Origin: a bacterium
GTDB lineage: Bacteria > Hinthialibacterota > Hinthialibacteria > Hinthialibacterales > Hinthialibacteraceae
Direction of reading: 5' to 3'
Length of the DNA: 64,000 nucleotides
Assembly (NCBI GenBank): GCA_963663405.2
Contig: CAXXSM010000160.1
Location: forward strand, 11,866-75,865
Under the pieces are notes generated by a model. It saw only the letters and a list, made by a program, of their open reading frames with translations. It was not told the DNA's origin and ran no database searches. This document shows, piece by piece, positions 19,566-28,502 of the stretch; position 1 is the stretch's first letter; each line of letters opens with the position of its first letter. The position numbers and the translations under genes were made by a program.

Positions 19566-19802
19566 GATTGACCATTCCTTTCATTTGTATTGTTATTTCA
19601 AACAATCTACGTGCGTTAGTGATCGACTACTATACTTCGGCTGTTTGTGAAATTGAAGTTGTTTCCCAGACATTTTGATCCACAAATAGTAGAATGGCGC
19701 CAAAATGGGGATGAAATGGGGATGGTTGGTGGATGCTTTGGGGATGGGATTTCTTCTACGATTCTTCCTGAAAGTGTTATTGTGACTAGGAGGAATTGCA
19801 TT

Positions 19803-20590
19803 ATGAACAAAAGTTTAGAGAAATTTCATATCATAGGGGAAAGTCAAGCAATGCGGGAATTGGCGGAGTGGACATACACCGCCGCCCCTACATGGGATAC
19901 GATCCTCATGACGGGGTGAACGCGGAACCGGGAAGGAACTGCTCGCGAACGCCATCCATCTTCTCAGTCCAGTGAAAGGAAGCCATCTTGTGATTGTCGA
20001 TTGTGCGGCGTTGCAGCCGTCAACGGTAGAATCGGCTTTATTCGGCCACGAGCGTGGCTCGTTCACCGGCGCTGTCTACCGGCGGATCGGCTATTTGGAA
20101 TCAGCGGATGGAGGAACCGTGTTTCTGGATGAGATCAGCCGCTTGCCGTTGGATATTCAAGGACGTCTTCTCACGGTTTTTACAGGAGGGGACGATTACG
20201 CGGTTAGGTTCTTCTCAGCCGATTCAAGTCCGCGCCCGGATTCTGGCGGCGAGTAACCGTTGTCTACCAACGGAAGTGGCGGAAAACCGCTTTCATCCTG
20301 ATTTATACGATCGCTTGAACGTCCTGCCCGTTCATGTTCCACCGCTCCGGCGCCGGGAAAACGACGCGTTGCTTCTTTTTTCGCATTTTCTTCAACCCGA
20401 TGGAGTGGAACGATTGACTGAAGGGGCCTTGGAATTATTGCGCGATTATCCATTTCCAGGTAACATTCGTGAGTTGAAAAATCTCGCCCGCCGAATCCAA
20501 GTGTTTCATCCCAGCGGTTCTATTACAAGAGAAATTCTGTTGACACATCTTCAGGTTTCCCCCACTTCCGGAGATAATTTAAATTGTTGA
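19803..20590 (+). CDS. Sigma54-dependent activator (bEBP) AAA+ domain only; two 1-bp frameshifts (about 19914 and 20173)
   Basis: AGGAGG RBS; IIGESQAM, (G)ERGTGKELLA Walker A, ESALFGHERGSFTGA, GGTVFLDEI, RFLQEG, DLYDRLNV, PPLRRR and FPGNIRELKN are spread over three frames. Confidence 0.8.
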
Positions 20591-20635
20591 CTAGTGAATT
20601 ATTTTTTGGATACTATAAATGGAATGGGTAATGAT

Positions 20636-22204
20636 ATGAAATCAGTGGAAACAAAACAAGAGTTTGATACGTTAGCGGATATCGTTCAACTCTTCCCCGA
20701 ACGGGAAGAATGGGAAGCGATTCGATTTTTTAATGGATATCGGATCCAGCGGTATACCTATCGTGAAATCTATGAATTGACTCTGCGCTGTGTGCAGTGG
20801 TTTGATGATTCTGGTATCAAAAAAGGCGATGCGATTCTGATTTGGGCGCCGAACAGTCCCCAATGGGCGGTGGTGTATCTAGCTTGCGCGTTAAGCGGCG
20901 TAATTTTGGTCCCGCTCGACGCAAGAAACACCGCCGATTTCGTCCTGAAAGTACAACGTGAAACGGAAGCGAAGATGTTGCTTCGCACCCAATTCAAAAA
21001 AGATCCCGGCCTGCCCGTTTCTTCTATTCTTATTGAATCGCTTTTTGACCGGTTGGAAGAAACGTCTCCCACCCAGAAACTCCCATCGATTCAGCCGGAT
21101 GACTGCCTTGAGATTGTGTATACCTCCGGTACGACCGGCAATCCGAAGGGAGTCGTATTAAGCCACCGGAACTTGGCGAGCAACGTCAACGGCGTCAAGA
21201 AACGAATCCCCAATGCCGTTTACGATACCCTTTCCGTCCTGCCGCTCAGTCATGCGCTCGAACAGACCGGTGGCTTTTGGTTCATTCTCGCATGTGGTGG
21301 TTCCATACTCTATCTGCAAACTTTGAAACCGTCAGCGTTATTCGAAGTTTTTCAGCGCGAAAAAATCACAGCGATGATTTTAGTCCCCCGCCTGTTGTCT
21401 CTTTTGAAAAAACGAATTGAAACGATCCTGGAGGAGAAACGTCTTTCCTGGTATTTGAAATTTGGCCTACAAAGTCTAACTGGGACGCCTCGATGGCTGC
21501 GAAAAGGGTATTTCTATCCAATCCATAAACGCTTTAACACAGGCTTCCAATTGTTTGTCAGCGGCGGCGCTTCGCTGGATGCGAATGTGGAATCGTTCTG
21601 GCGGAGTTTGGGCTTCCAGGTTATGCAGGGATATGGATTGACGGAAACCAGCCCAGTGTTAACGGTCACGCCTCCAGAGCGTCTGCAGCCTGGTTCGGTA
21701 GGATTGCCGCTGGATCAAGTGGATATTCGATTGGGCGAGGGGAATGAAATCCTTGCGCGTGGCCCCAATGTGTTCGCGGGATATTACAAACGGCCGGAAT
21801 TGAATGATGAGGTCTTCAGCGATGGCTGGTTCAAGACTGGAGATATCGGAGAATTGGACGCGGAAGGATTTTTATACATCCGGGGACGGAGCAAGGATAC
21901 AATCGTCACCGCCGATGGGATCAACGTCTATCCGGAAGATATAGAACGCGCTCTGGAAAAAGAGAATGAAGTGAAAGAAGCCTGTGTGCTGGGAACGGGG
22001 GAGGACCAATCACAAATCCACGCCGCTGTCCTCTTGGAAAGCGATACAGTTTCTCTCGAAAACCTGATCGAGCGGGTTAACAAAACCTTGCCTCCCGAAC
22101 AGCGTATTGAATCCTTTAGCCGCTGGCCTGGGCTGGAATTTCCAAAAACCACGACATTAAAAATAAAAAAAACACGAAGTGCGAAAAGCCCTTCATACGG
22201 ATGA
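20636..22204 (+). CDS. Long-chain acyl-CoA/ACP synthetase (AMP-binding) domain; N-terminal part of an adenylation-ACP-acyltransferase fusion
   Basis: YTSGTTGNPKGV, QGYGLTETSP, GWFKTGDIG and G.NVYPEDIE; frame breaks at the A7 run near 22166-22172. Confidence 0.88.
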   Translation: MKSVETKQEFDTLADIVQLFPEREEWEAIRFFNGYRIQRYTYREIYELTLRCVQWFDDSGIKKGDAILIWAPNSPQWAVVYLACALSGVILVPLDARNTADFVLKVQRETEAKMLLRTQFKKDPGLPVSSILIESLFDRLEETSPTQKLPSIQPDDCLEIVYTSGTTGNPKGVVLSHRNLASNVNGVKKRIPNAVYDTLSVLPLSHALEQTGGFWFILACGGSILYLQTLKPSALFEVFQREKITAMILVPRLLSLLKKRIETILEEKRLSWYLKFGLQSLTGTPRWLRKGYFYPIHKRFNTGFQLFVSGGASLDANVESFWRSLGFQVMQGYGLTETSPVLTVTPPERLQPGSVGLPLDQVDIRLGEGNEILARGPNVFAGYYKRPELNDEVFSDGWFKTGDIGELDAEGFLYIRGRSKDTIVTADGINVYPEDIERALEKENEVKEACVLGTGEDQSQIHAAVLLESDTVSLENLIERVNKTLPPEQRIESFSRWPGLEFPKTTTLKIKKTRSAKSPSYG

Positions 22205-23163
22205 ATCCGCGCCAGCTTCATCTCCCGGACCAAACCGGAACTCCTCTGCAATTGATTCTCTGTGAATTGGCGAACGTATCGATTGACGATCTGCGAATGG
22301 ACGCCCGCCTGGGGAACGACCTGGGGTTGAGTTCTATGGACCGTGTGGAATTGATCTCGCGCTTGGAAGAGGAATTTCGGATCGACATCGACGACGCGTT
22401 CATCAAAGAAGAGACCACTGTCTCTGACCTGCAATCTATGATCGATGAACGCGGCACAGGACAATCGGATATCATCTTCCGGCGTTGGACGCGGTCGGCC
22501 CCCTGTCAATGGCTGCGCACGATGACCGAGTGGATTCTCCTTCACCCACTCAAATGGATCTTCTGTGATCTTCGTTGTATCGGATTGGAAAATCTCGAAG
22601 ATCTGAAAGGGCCGGTTCTCTTCGTCGCGAATCATACCAGCCATGTCGATGCGCTTCTTCTCAAAACTCTTCCTCCCAAACGTTTGCGAAGACGGATCTG
22701 TCCGGCGACCTTTAAAGAATACTTCGATGCGGAAGGACAGTCTCTGCGCGTTAAAATTGGGAAATGCTTCGCATGGAATATCAGCACCATTCTATTCAAT
22801 ATTTTTCCTTTCCCCCAAACGTCCGGATTCCGCCGCAGCATGGTCTATGCGGGAGAGTTGGTTGATGATGGATGGAACGTTCTCCTCTTTCCAGAAGGAT
22901 CGCGGACGGATGATGGTTCATTGGGTGAATTCCGGGAAGGTGTGGGAATGATGGCCAAAATTTTACAAATTCCCCTCGTCCCCGTAGCGATTGATGGAGG
23001 AGAAAAAATCTTGAAACACGGGCATGCGATCCCCAAACGTTCTATCGTAAAAATCGCTTTCGGAAAACCGTTCCTCCCTCCAAAAGGTTCTTTTGCGGAA
23101 ATATCGACGCATGTAAAAGGAGAAATAATCTCATTATTAAAAAAAATGGAAACCTTGGGATAA
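22201..23163 (+). CDS. Acyl carrier domain plus PlsC-type acyltransferase; C-terminal part of the same fusion
   Basis: DLGLSSMDRVEL phosphopantetheine site; NHTSHVD (HX4D) and LFPEGSRT acyltransferase motifs. Confidence 0.85.
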   Translation: MNPRQLHLPDQTGTPLQLILCELANVSIDDLRMDARLGNDLGLSSMDRVELISRLEEEFRIDIDDAFIKEETTVSDLQSMIDERGTGQSDIIFRRWTRSAPCQWLRTMTEWILLHPLKWIFCDLRCIGLENLEDLKGPVLFVANHTSHVDALLLKTLPPKRLRRRICPATFKEYFDAEGQSLRVKIGKCFAWNISTILFNIFPFPQTSGFRRSMVYAGELVDDGWNVLLFPEGSRTDDGSLGEFREGVGMMAKILQIPLVPVAIDGGEKILKHGHAIPKRSIVKIAFGKPFLPPKGSFAEISTHVKGEIISLLKKMETLG

Positions 23164-23270
23164 ACAAGATAGACATATAAGTATCTTAGGATTGGGCGCC
23201 TACAGGCCGTAAAATTAATGGTGATTTATATTTCTTTATATAAAGTTACAATCAATTTCGTTACGGGTAG

Positions 23271-23313
23271 TTGACAACTGAATGTTTTTCGGCTACATTG
23301 CTACAAAAGTAAC
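23271..23313 (+). promoter_or_regulatory. Sigma70 promoter with adjacent BlaI/MecI-like operator
   Basis: TTGACA(23271)-17 nt-TACATT(23294), immediately followed by GCTACAAAAGTAAC (TAC-N4-GTA, resembling the TACA-NN-TGTA BlaI/MecI box), upstream of the blaI-like gene. Confidence 0.65.
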
Positions 23314-23435
23314 CCGGAACAAACTCTAATGTCGGTAGAATTACATGTTGAGAACCACTTAAAACACAAAATTTGCATGCGTTTTGTCTTACTAGACTTT
23401 TTTTCATAAAATCAAACTAATAGGAGTGAATCGTT

Positions 23436-23825
23436 ATGCCGCGCCCAACAAATCCCATACTAACCGATTGGGAAATGAAATTAATGGATATCATTTGGGA
23501 AAAGGATACGGTGACCGCTAAGGAAATTCAATATATCCTTTTTAAGCAAAAAATCGTTTGCAGTGATTCTGCCATTCGAAAAACACTTAGGGTCTTGGAA
23601 ACGAAAGGTGTGTTAAAGCATAATCGTGAAGAGAAGGCGTATATCTATATGCCGGCTGTTGTCAAACGGTCTATACAAAGCAAGGCGATCCAGCATCTCG
23701 AAAATATCTTTTTCCGTGGATCAGGAGACGCCATGTTCCTCAAAATGGTTGAAGATACGGATATATCAGACGATGCGATCTCCGAAATGCGCCGGATTTT
23801 AGAAGAGAAAAAGAAAGACGAATAA
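23436..23825 (+). CDS. BlaI/MecI/CopY family transcriptional repressor
   Basis: LTDWEMKLMDIIW...TAKEI...LRVLETKG...AYIY.P...FFRGS pattern; 129 aa; translationally coupled (TAATG) to an M56 gene. Confidence 0.92.
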   Translation: MPRPTNPILTDWEMKLMDIIWEKDTVTAKEIQYILFKQKIVCSDSAIRKTLRVLETKGVLKHNREEKAYIYMPAVVKRSIQSKAIQHLENIFFRGSGDAMFLKMVEDTDISDDAISEMRRILEEKKKDE

Positions 23826-26053
23826 TGGGCATTTTTGATGTCTCTCAGTTCGTTAACGATTCCTTGAAATGGAAAGAGGTGTTGGAGTGTCTGTTCCTTT
23901 GGGCTCTCACAGCGTTCTTTATTCTTTTAATCTATTTTCTTGCGGACTGGTACAACATTAAAAATACAATACACACTCGTTCTAAACGATGGAAATTCAT
24001 TTTATGTTTGCTATTTTTCTTTCCGTTTCTATATACGATCGGTTTCTTTCATATTAATGTCTTTCTCCCGGTTCAATCTTTGTCTGGTGAATATTCGATT
24101 CTTTCCCGGTATGGTTTACTCGGTTTTTGGATTGTCTATTGTGTTGGATTCTTTTGCGCGTTCAGCCGATTTCTTTTGAAAAGAAGAGACTTATCTAGTT
24201 TCCTGAAAACCAGTGAAGCGTGTCATTGTGATTGGATTACAGAATGTGTACATGAAATGGTGTCCAAATTGGGGATCAATAAAAATATCCAAATTCGCAT
24301 TCACCAGGGAGACTTGATCCCTTGCATCATCGATGGTTTTCGACCCATATTGCTGATCCCCGCTTATTGTGTAACCGATTGGTCGAAAGAACAATTAAAA
24401 CCGGTTATCATCCATGAATTGAACCATATCAAATTCGGCGATTTCTTTTATACGAAAGTCATGGAACTGGTGACATTGTTTTTATGGTTTTTCCCGGGGA
24501 TTTATATGCTTCGTAAACAGATGAATCTCTGCAGGGAACGGTTGAATGACGAAGAAAGTGTAAAACACTGTTCGTCTCCAGCTGAATATGCGCAATCTTT
24601 TTTACTGCTATTAGAATGTGCGAAACGCCAACAATACGATCCTCTGCATATGAACTTTGCAAGTAGAAATGAGGCGGTCTATCGATTTAAAAAGATTTTT
24701 GAAGACCCACCGGTTCCAAATCGCATATCTCGTGCGCTGGAATGGACTTGCCTCGTTTGTGTCATTGCCTTTACTTTTTTTGCGGGAAATTTCCACTTCT
24801 CTTACGCCCAGGACGATTCCAATTCCATAGAAGCGGTCGCAATCCCTTACACTATTAATGAGGTGATGTTTCCCGAATATCCCGTACCATCGCCAGTGGC
24901 CGAATACAATCTTGACTTAAAAGAACAGTCGGATGAGGAATTCGTGGAAGGATTTACAGAGGGATTTTACGCCAATCATACTCTTTGGTATAGAAAAACC
25001 ATAGATTCTATCGTTGGATTTCAAGAACAGAACGGGAATTTCACCTCTTCTCCCTCTGTAGAAATTAAATTACCGAGTGCAAAAAAGTACTCAAACCGTA
25101 CTGGTCAATCTTCTGAAGCCTTATCTCATGATTTCATAGCTGCCAACGATTCATTTCTCATTCTGACAACAAGAGATAAAAGAGCCGGGATGGAAGGTTT
25201 TTTGGAGAACCAAGATTTAGAAGGCGGAATCTATTTAATCGATATAACTGATCCTTTGCATCCCATTCTATCCACTCATATCCCCGCGCAAGCGGCGGGT
25301 GGGATTACTCTTTTTGAAGATACATTGATTGCGCAGGTTACTCTCATCGAATCCTATTATGATGACATGTTTATAAAAAGTACTAATTACCTGATTGAGT
25401 ATGATCTTTCGGATTGGAAAACTCCTCGAGAACGCTGGCGGTATCCATTGCCGGACAATCAATATATCTATTCCGCATGCTTTCATCCTGGCAGACCGGA
25501 TATACTCTTTGCCGGGGGATCGGATTTGTTAGTTTTTGAGATCGCAGGTGAGACAATCGATCTGAAGCATCATTGGTCTATCGCGGAAGAACAATACCAT
25601 GTAATAAACATGCTAATGTTCCCGAATCATCTTGTTATCAGCTTGCAGAGCAAAGGTACAATGATCTTCGATGGAGAAGTAATGCGCTACTCAGCCTTGG
25701 GACTGATTCCTCTTGATTATGAAGGTGACGTGCCCAATATGCAAATCTACCCATTGATGAATCGGGATGAAAACAGATCCGTATTAATAAAAACAAATGT
25801 CCACGATCGGTTTATATTTACTGTGACATCCACTCAAGGATTAGGTAATTTTTACACGGCGCAACTTTTTGATGATAGTGGATTATTGCCAATCGCTTTC
25901 TTTCCACTGGGAACCTTGAATAACGCAGTAATCAAGGATGGAGAACGGATTTTCCTCGGAGAAAATCCCGTACAAGTATACGAATCCAGTAGCTTTTCGC
26001 CGGCAGTTAGTGTTTATAATTGGAAGCAATTAGATAACTTCGTCAAATTATGA
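23825..26053 (+). CDS. BlaR1-type peptidase M56 sensor with a non-penicillin-binding extracellular domain
   Basis: N-terminal TM helices, P.LLIP, IIHELNHIK.GD (HExxH), WFFP and RERLNDE; about 410-aa C-terminal ectodomain with LVIVD-like YLIDITDPLHP / EYDLSDWKTP repeats. Confidence 0.88.
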   Translation: MGIFDVSQFVNDSLKWKEVLECLFLWALTAFFILLIYFLADWYNIKNTIHTRSKRWKFILCLLFFFPFLYTIGFFHINVFLPVQSLSGEYSILSRYGLLGFWIVYCVGFFCAFSRFLLKRRDLSSFLKTSEACHCDWITECVHEMVSKLGINKNIQIRIHQGDLIPCIIDGFRPILLIPAYCVTDWSKEQLKPVIIHELNHIKFGDFFYTKVMELVTLFLWFFPGIYMLRKQMNLCRERLNDEESVKHCSSPAEYAQSFLLLLECAKRQQYDPLHMNFASRNEAVYRFKKIFEDPPVPNRISRALEWTCLVCVIAFTFFAGNFHFSYAQDDSNSIEAVAIPYTINEVMFPEYPVPSPVAEYNLDLKEQSDEEFVEGFTEGFYANHTLWYRKTIDSIVGFQEQNGNFTSSPSVEIKLPSAKKYSNRTGQSSEALSHDFIAANDSFLILTTRDKRAGMEGFLENQDLEGGIYLIDITDPLHPILSTHIPAQAAGGITLFEDTLIAQVTLIESYYDDMFIKSTNYLIEYDLSDWKTPRERWRYPLPDNQYIYSACFHPGRPDILFAGGSDLLVFEIAGETIDLKHHWSIAEEQYHVINMLMFPNHLVISLQSKGTMIFDGEVMRYSALGLIPLDYEGDVPNMQIYPLMNRDENRSVLIKTNVHDRFIFTVTSTQGLGNFYTAQLFDDSGLLPIAFFPLGTLNNAVIKDGERIFLGENPVQVYESSSFSPAVSVYNWKQLDNFVKL

Positions 26054-26087
26054 TTGGGATTAAGACGGGAAAAGATCCTTGTCTCTC

Positions 26088-26660
26088 ATGAAAAAGCAGT
26101 CTTTTACGCTAATAGAATTACTTGTGACAGTGACAATCGTTGGCCTATTGGCTATGATCGTCATTAATCTGTCACTTAACGCGAAAGTTCGCGCTGAAGT
26201 GGCGCGCGTACAGACTGATTTCCGTTCGATCGGTGAAGCCTTTTCCGAATATTGGATCGACCATTCGACCCTTCCAGGCGGCGGGTTGTCTGTTCTTGGT
26301 GGACAGCGGTATATCAGCGCATTGTCAGTCCTGACAACGCCGATCGCATATTTGAACGTACTTCCTGCTAGCCCCTGGGATAGGAACTCAATGTATTTAA
26401 ATGATACTTTGGTGATTCAGAATGTGTATAACTCTTATCAACGCAGGGGCATGCCTTTTGATCTTGAGGGTTGGAAAGAGAGTTGGATTGGGGGTTCAGA
26501 CTATCATTATTTCTCTGGGAAACTTGGAATCGATGGAGGTACATATGACTGGTTGTTAATTAGCAACGGTCCCACACAAATCCCTGAATCCAATCTATAT
26601 GATTCAACCAATGGAATCATCAGTCTTGGTAGAATATGGCGTCTCGGTGTGCTTGAATAG
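26088..26660 (+). CDS. Prepilin-type N-terminal cleavage/methylation protein (pseudopilin, GspG-like)
   Basis: MKKQS|FTLIELLVTVTIVGLLA; AKVRAEVARVQTDFRSI, LTTPIAYL, WLLISNGP and YDSTNGIISLGRI. Confidence 0.85.
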   Translation: MKKQSFTLIELLVTVTIVGLLAMIVINLSLNAKVRAEVARVQTDFRSIGEAFSEYWIDHSTLPGGGLSVLGGQRYISALSVLTTPIAYLNVLPASPWDRNSMYLNDTLVIQNVYNSYQRRGMPFDLEGWKESWIGGSDYHYFSGKLGIDGGTYDWLLISNGPTQIPESNLYDSTNGIISLGRIWRLGVLE

Positions 26661-26779
26661 TATATTTTTTTTATTATATGTGTTATATTGATAGCTTTAT
26701 TGAATGGTGTTATTTAATATAAATCGATGTCAAAGTTTGATGCGAGGATTATGAAAGCGAACATGGCAAAAGGAGAAGA

Positions 26780-27214
26780 ATGATGAGAGCGGAATTAAAA
26801 AGAATTGTTGTATGCGTAATTGTTGTAGGATCTTTCATTTTTATCCCATTTGGAAGCAATAATGTCGCTGACAGTGTGACATGTGATCGCTGTAAGGAAC
26901 TTAATTATGGTGGAGATTGGATTTGCTCGAACGCAGGCAGCAGCACTTGCGCATGGTACATAATACAAGGGTATACGGCGTGTTGCGCGGTGTCGGGTTC
27001 AGCCGATTGTGAAGATTTGGTCGGTGGTGAAAGTATCCCGTTCTATTATCGAAACACAACAGGAACTTCGGTGACATGCAAATGGCGTTGCGCTCAAACG
27101 ACCAATCCAGGTGATAAATGTGACGGTGCAGATACTGCTTATCCGATCAGTGGCAGCTGCACGGTGACTGGTTCAGAATTGCAAGGGTCAACATCATATG
27201 CAAGATGTGATTAA
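26780..27214 (+). CDS. Small secreted cysteine-rich protein
   Basis: AGGAG RBS, hydrophobic N-terminal signal, 12 Cys in the roughly 115-aa mature part, ends ARCD. Confidence 0.75.
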   Translation: MMRAELKRIVVCVIVVGSFIFIPFGSNNVADSVTCDRCKELNYGGDWICSNAGSSTCAWYIIQGYTACCAVSGSADCEDLVGGESIPFYYRNTTGTSVTCKWRCAQTTNPGDKCDGADTAYPISGSCTVTGSELQGSTSYARCD

Positions 27215-27270
27215 GGTGGCTGTAATCACCCTTTAATACAAATAATTGAAGAATGCGAGGTATAAATATC

Positions 27271-28215
27271 ATGATAATTAATAAAATTACATCTATAATT
27301 TTTGTGTTTTTCATCGTCTCTGTTTTTCTTTTCCCTATCGTATCCGATTCTGCCGAGTTGCTTGATGCCAGCCGGTCGGTTAACGATCTGATTCTTAATG
27401 GTGAAGTGGAATATCATTCAATCTATTCACACGAAGCCAGACCTCAGTATATGGGGGATGATGGAATTAAAGGGCTAATTGAGTACGCTGAACAAGCTCC
27501 AAAAATTCCGATTACTTATGAAACAAAAATTACCGCCTATTTTAAGGGTGATAAAATTAATTTTTTGATCGAAAAAGAACCTTGTCAATATTATCCAAAA
27601 CCCATCTATAGGTCATATATTTATAATGGGGAACAAACATATTGTTTCGATCATGCAATAAATTTAGTCACGCTGCGTAAGGCGATGCCATACAGAGAAA
27701 GCAATTTAGGCAATCTCTATTTCCCGCCGAAATCGCTCGGATACGATGTCGATAGTGTTCTTTTAATGGCTGGCAATGTTGTGAGCGCTTTGGGAAAATC
27801 CCCCTCGCTCACTATTGTGGAAAAGGAAAACATTGTTGAAGTCACCGGATCGTATGAAGGCGATTCCGCCGATGAAGTGATTGCGAGAATCGAATGGGAT
27901 CCGGATTCGAAAGGGATATTCAAACGATGCGTGTACCGCTTTCCTCCTCGTGGTGAGTTCATCGAAATCGTAACGGATGATTTGGAAGATTATGGTAACA
28001 TCCAATATCCCTCACGATCCGTTATCCGTCAAATCATTGCGCCCAGCATTGATCAATTGGAGCAAGGAAAAGTCGCGTCAGAACAAATTCTTCTTGTTAT
28101 GAGCGCTTCTTTCAACACAGATACAGTGACTGACGATTTATTCTCAACCGAAACGCCGGATGGATATTTCCTGCAAACCCCGGAAACATTACGAGCGAAG
28201 TATAGTCAAAAGTAG
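27271..28215 (+). CDS. Secreted hypothetical protein (beta-rich, possibly LolA-like fold)
   Basis: GAGG RBS, N-terminal signal/TM, YIYNGE motif, C-terminal YPSR...FNT..TDDLF...PDG resembling LolA-like/outer-membrane sorting folds. The fold call is inference. Confidence 0.65.
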   Translation: MIINKITSIIFVFFIVSVFLFPIVSDSAELLDASRSVNDLILNGEVEYHSIYSHEARPQYMGDDGIKGLIEYAEQAPKIPITYETKITAYFKGDKINFLIEKEPCQYYPKPIYRSYIYNGEQTYCFDHAINLVTLRKAMPYRESNLGNLYFPPKSLGYDVDSVLLMAGNVVSALGKSPSLTIVEKENIVEVTGSYEGDSADEVIARIEWDPDSKGIFKRCVYRFPPRGEFIEIVTDDLEDYGNIQYPSRSVIRQIIAPSIDQLEQGKVASEQILLVMSASFNTDTVTDDLFSTETPDGYFLQTPETLRAKYSQK

Positions 28216-28240
28216 ATAAAAAGAATTCAATTTGTCACTT

Positions 28241-28281
28241 GGGGGGGGGCTCTTATCCCCTTAATCCCCCCCCGTTTTTTT
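28241..28281 (+). terminator. Intrinsic terminator closing the BlaI island
   Basis: G9...C8 stem followed by G and T7, 25 nt after the stop codon at 28215. Confidence 0.65.
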
Positions 28282-28502
28282 ATTTCCTTAAATCATGCGA
28301 ATGAATTATATGTATTTTCCCCCATGTCAAGTGGAAGATTTTAATACGTATTTTTCATTATGACGCCGATAGAGAATGAGCGATTAATATTAATTATACT
28401 GAACGCGGGCATAAACTGAATTTTCAATCCATGTTTTTTAACGGGCTGTTTTTTTGGTTAACGAGAAACGCAGATTATGACTGCGCAGAGTATACATTTG
28501 GA

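Noticed and set aside
22160-22230. Programmed ribosomal frameshift at the A7 run in the acyl-synthetase fusion
   Set aside because: Two separate corrections seem needed and similar indels occur throughout the window, so sequencing error is more parsimonious.
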